Positions 63,759 through 64,000 of a stretch of 64,000 nt of DNA are shown one piece after another; position 1 is the stretch's first letter, and each line of letters starts with the position of its first letter. Under the pieces are notes generated by a model. The model saw only the letters and a list, made by a program, of their open reading frames with translations, searched no databases and had not been told where the DNA came from. This DNA comes from Candidatus Bipolaricaulota bacterium (GTDB lineage Bacteria; Patescibacteriota; Patescibacteriia; UBA11705; DATKZF01): positions 22,699-86,698 of the forward strand of contig DATKZF010000003.1 of assembly GCA_035528115.1 (NCBI GenBank), in the 5' to 3' direction. A program made the translations under genes and the position numbers.

Positions 63759-64000
63759 TTAACTCGCTTTGGGTTTTAGTTGTTCCGGCGATTGAGTCTC
63801 GCCGCCGCGCCTTGAAGCCAATTCCTCTTCCATTTCCTTTCTCATCCTCTCTATTTCCAAAAGTTGCTGGGGATCGGAAGTGATCAATTGGTCTTCCATG
63901 CCCGAAGCCACCACCTTAATGGCCGCGTGCCGGTCGCCGGCGAAAAAGATGCCTTCGCCCACTCCGCCTTCAAGCAATAAATATCTTTCGCCTTCGGTCA
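63759..64000 (-). CDS. C-terminus of a VirB4/TraC-like ATPase (partial)
   Basis: TEGERYLLL...VGEGIFFAG.RH.AI.VVAS..E.QLITSDP, typical of CPR VirB4-like ATPases. Confidence 0.75.
   Translation of the reverse strand, partial: TEGERYLLLEGGVGEGIFFAGDRHAAIKVVASGMEDQLITSDPQQLLEIERMRKEMEEELASRRGGETQSPEQLKPKAS

Overview
A 64 kb chromosomal segment. Its gene set and style point to a Patescibacteria/CPR (Parcubacteria-type) bacterium (inference): CPR-type pilin domains, a membrane-anchored Clp paralog, a VirB4-like ATPase end, mostly SD-less core genes and tRNA-Arg(GCG). Core genes include dnaB, ybaB, recR, rplU, uvrD/pcrA, queH, gatC/gatA, ligA, gap, rseP, murI, PMM/PGM, lemA, htpX, two Clp ATPases, radA, mpg, recG, ftsE/X, rlpA-like, a PrsA-like PPIase, a P-type ATPase, murG and comF. 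There are five intact tRNAs and one interrupted tRNA. Four things stand out. (1) Downstream of recR lies an integrase-less cassette array: each cargo gene (DUF1704 metallopeptidase, GNAT-like, membrane protein, SIR2-like) follows a copy of the last 36 bp of recR. The two proximal copies differ only at silent positions and the distal copy has decayed. (2) A GxxExxY gene and two four-helix-bundle genes sit inside operons between inverted repeat arms that pair through G-U wobbles on the mRNA strand. Many cargo-less versions lie at other operon junctions, which suggests mRNA intervening-sequence-like mobile elements. (3) Ultra-short nested hairpin insertions occur, several at CG|AA, including one that broke a duplicated tRNA-Ser. 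(4) GC-rich, SD-led orphan genes include myxobacterial-type Cys/Asp-repeat surface proteins fused to CPR-type domains, and separately there is a tandem pair of pilin-amidase fusions.
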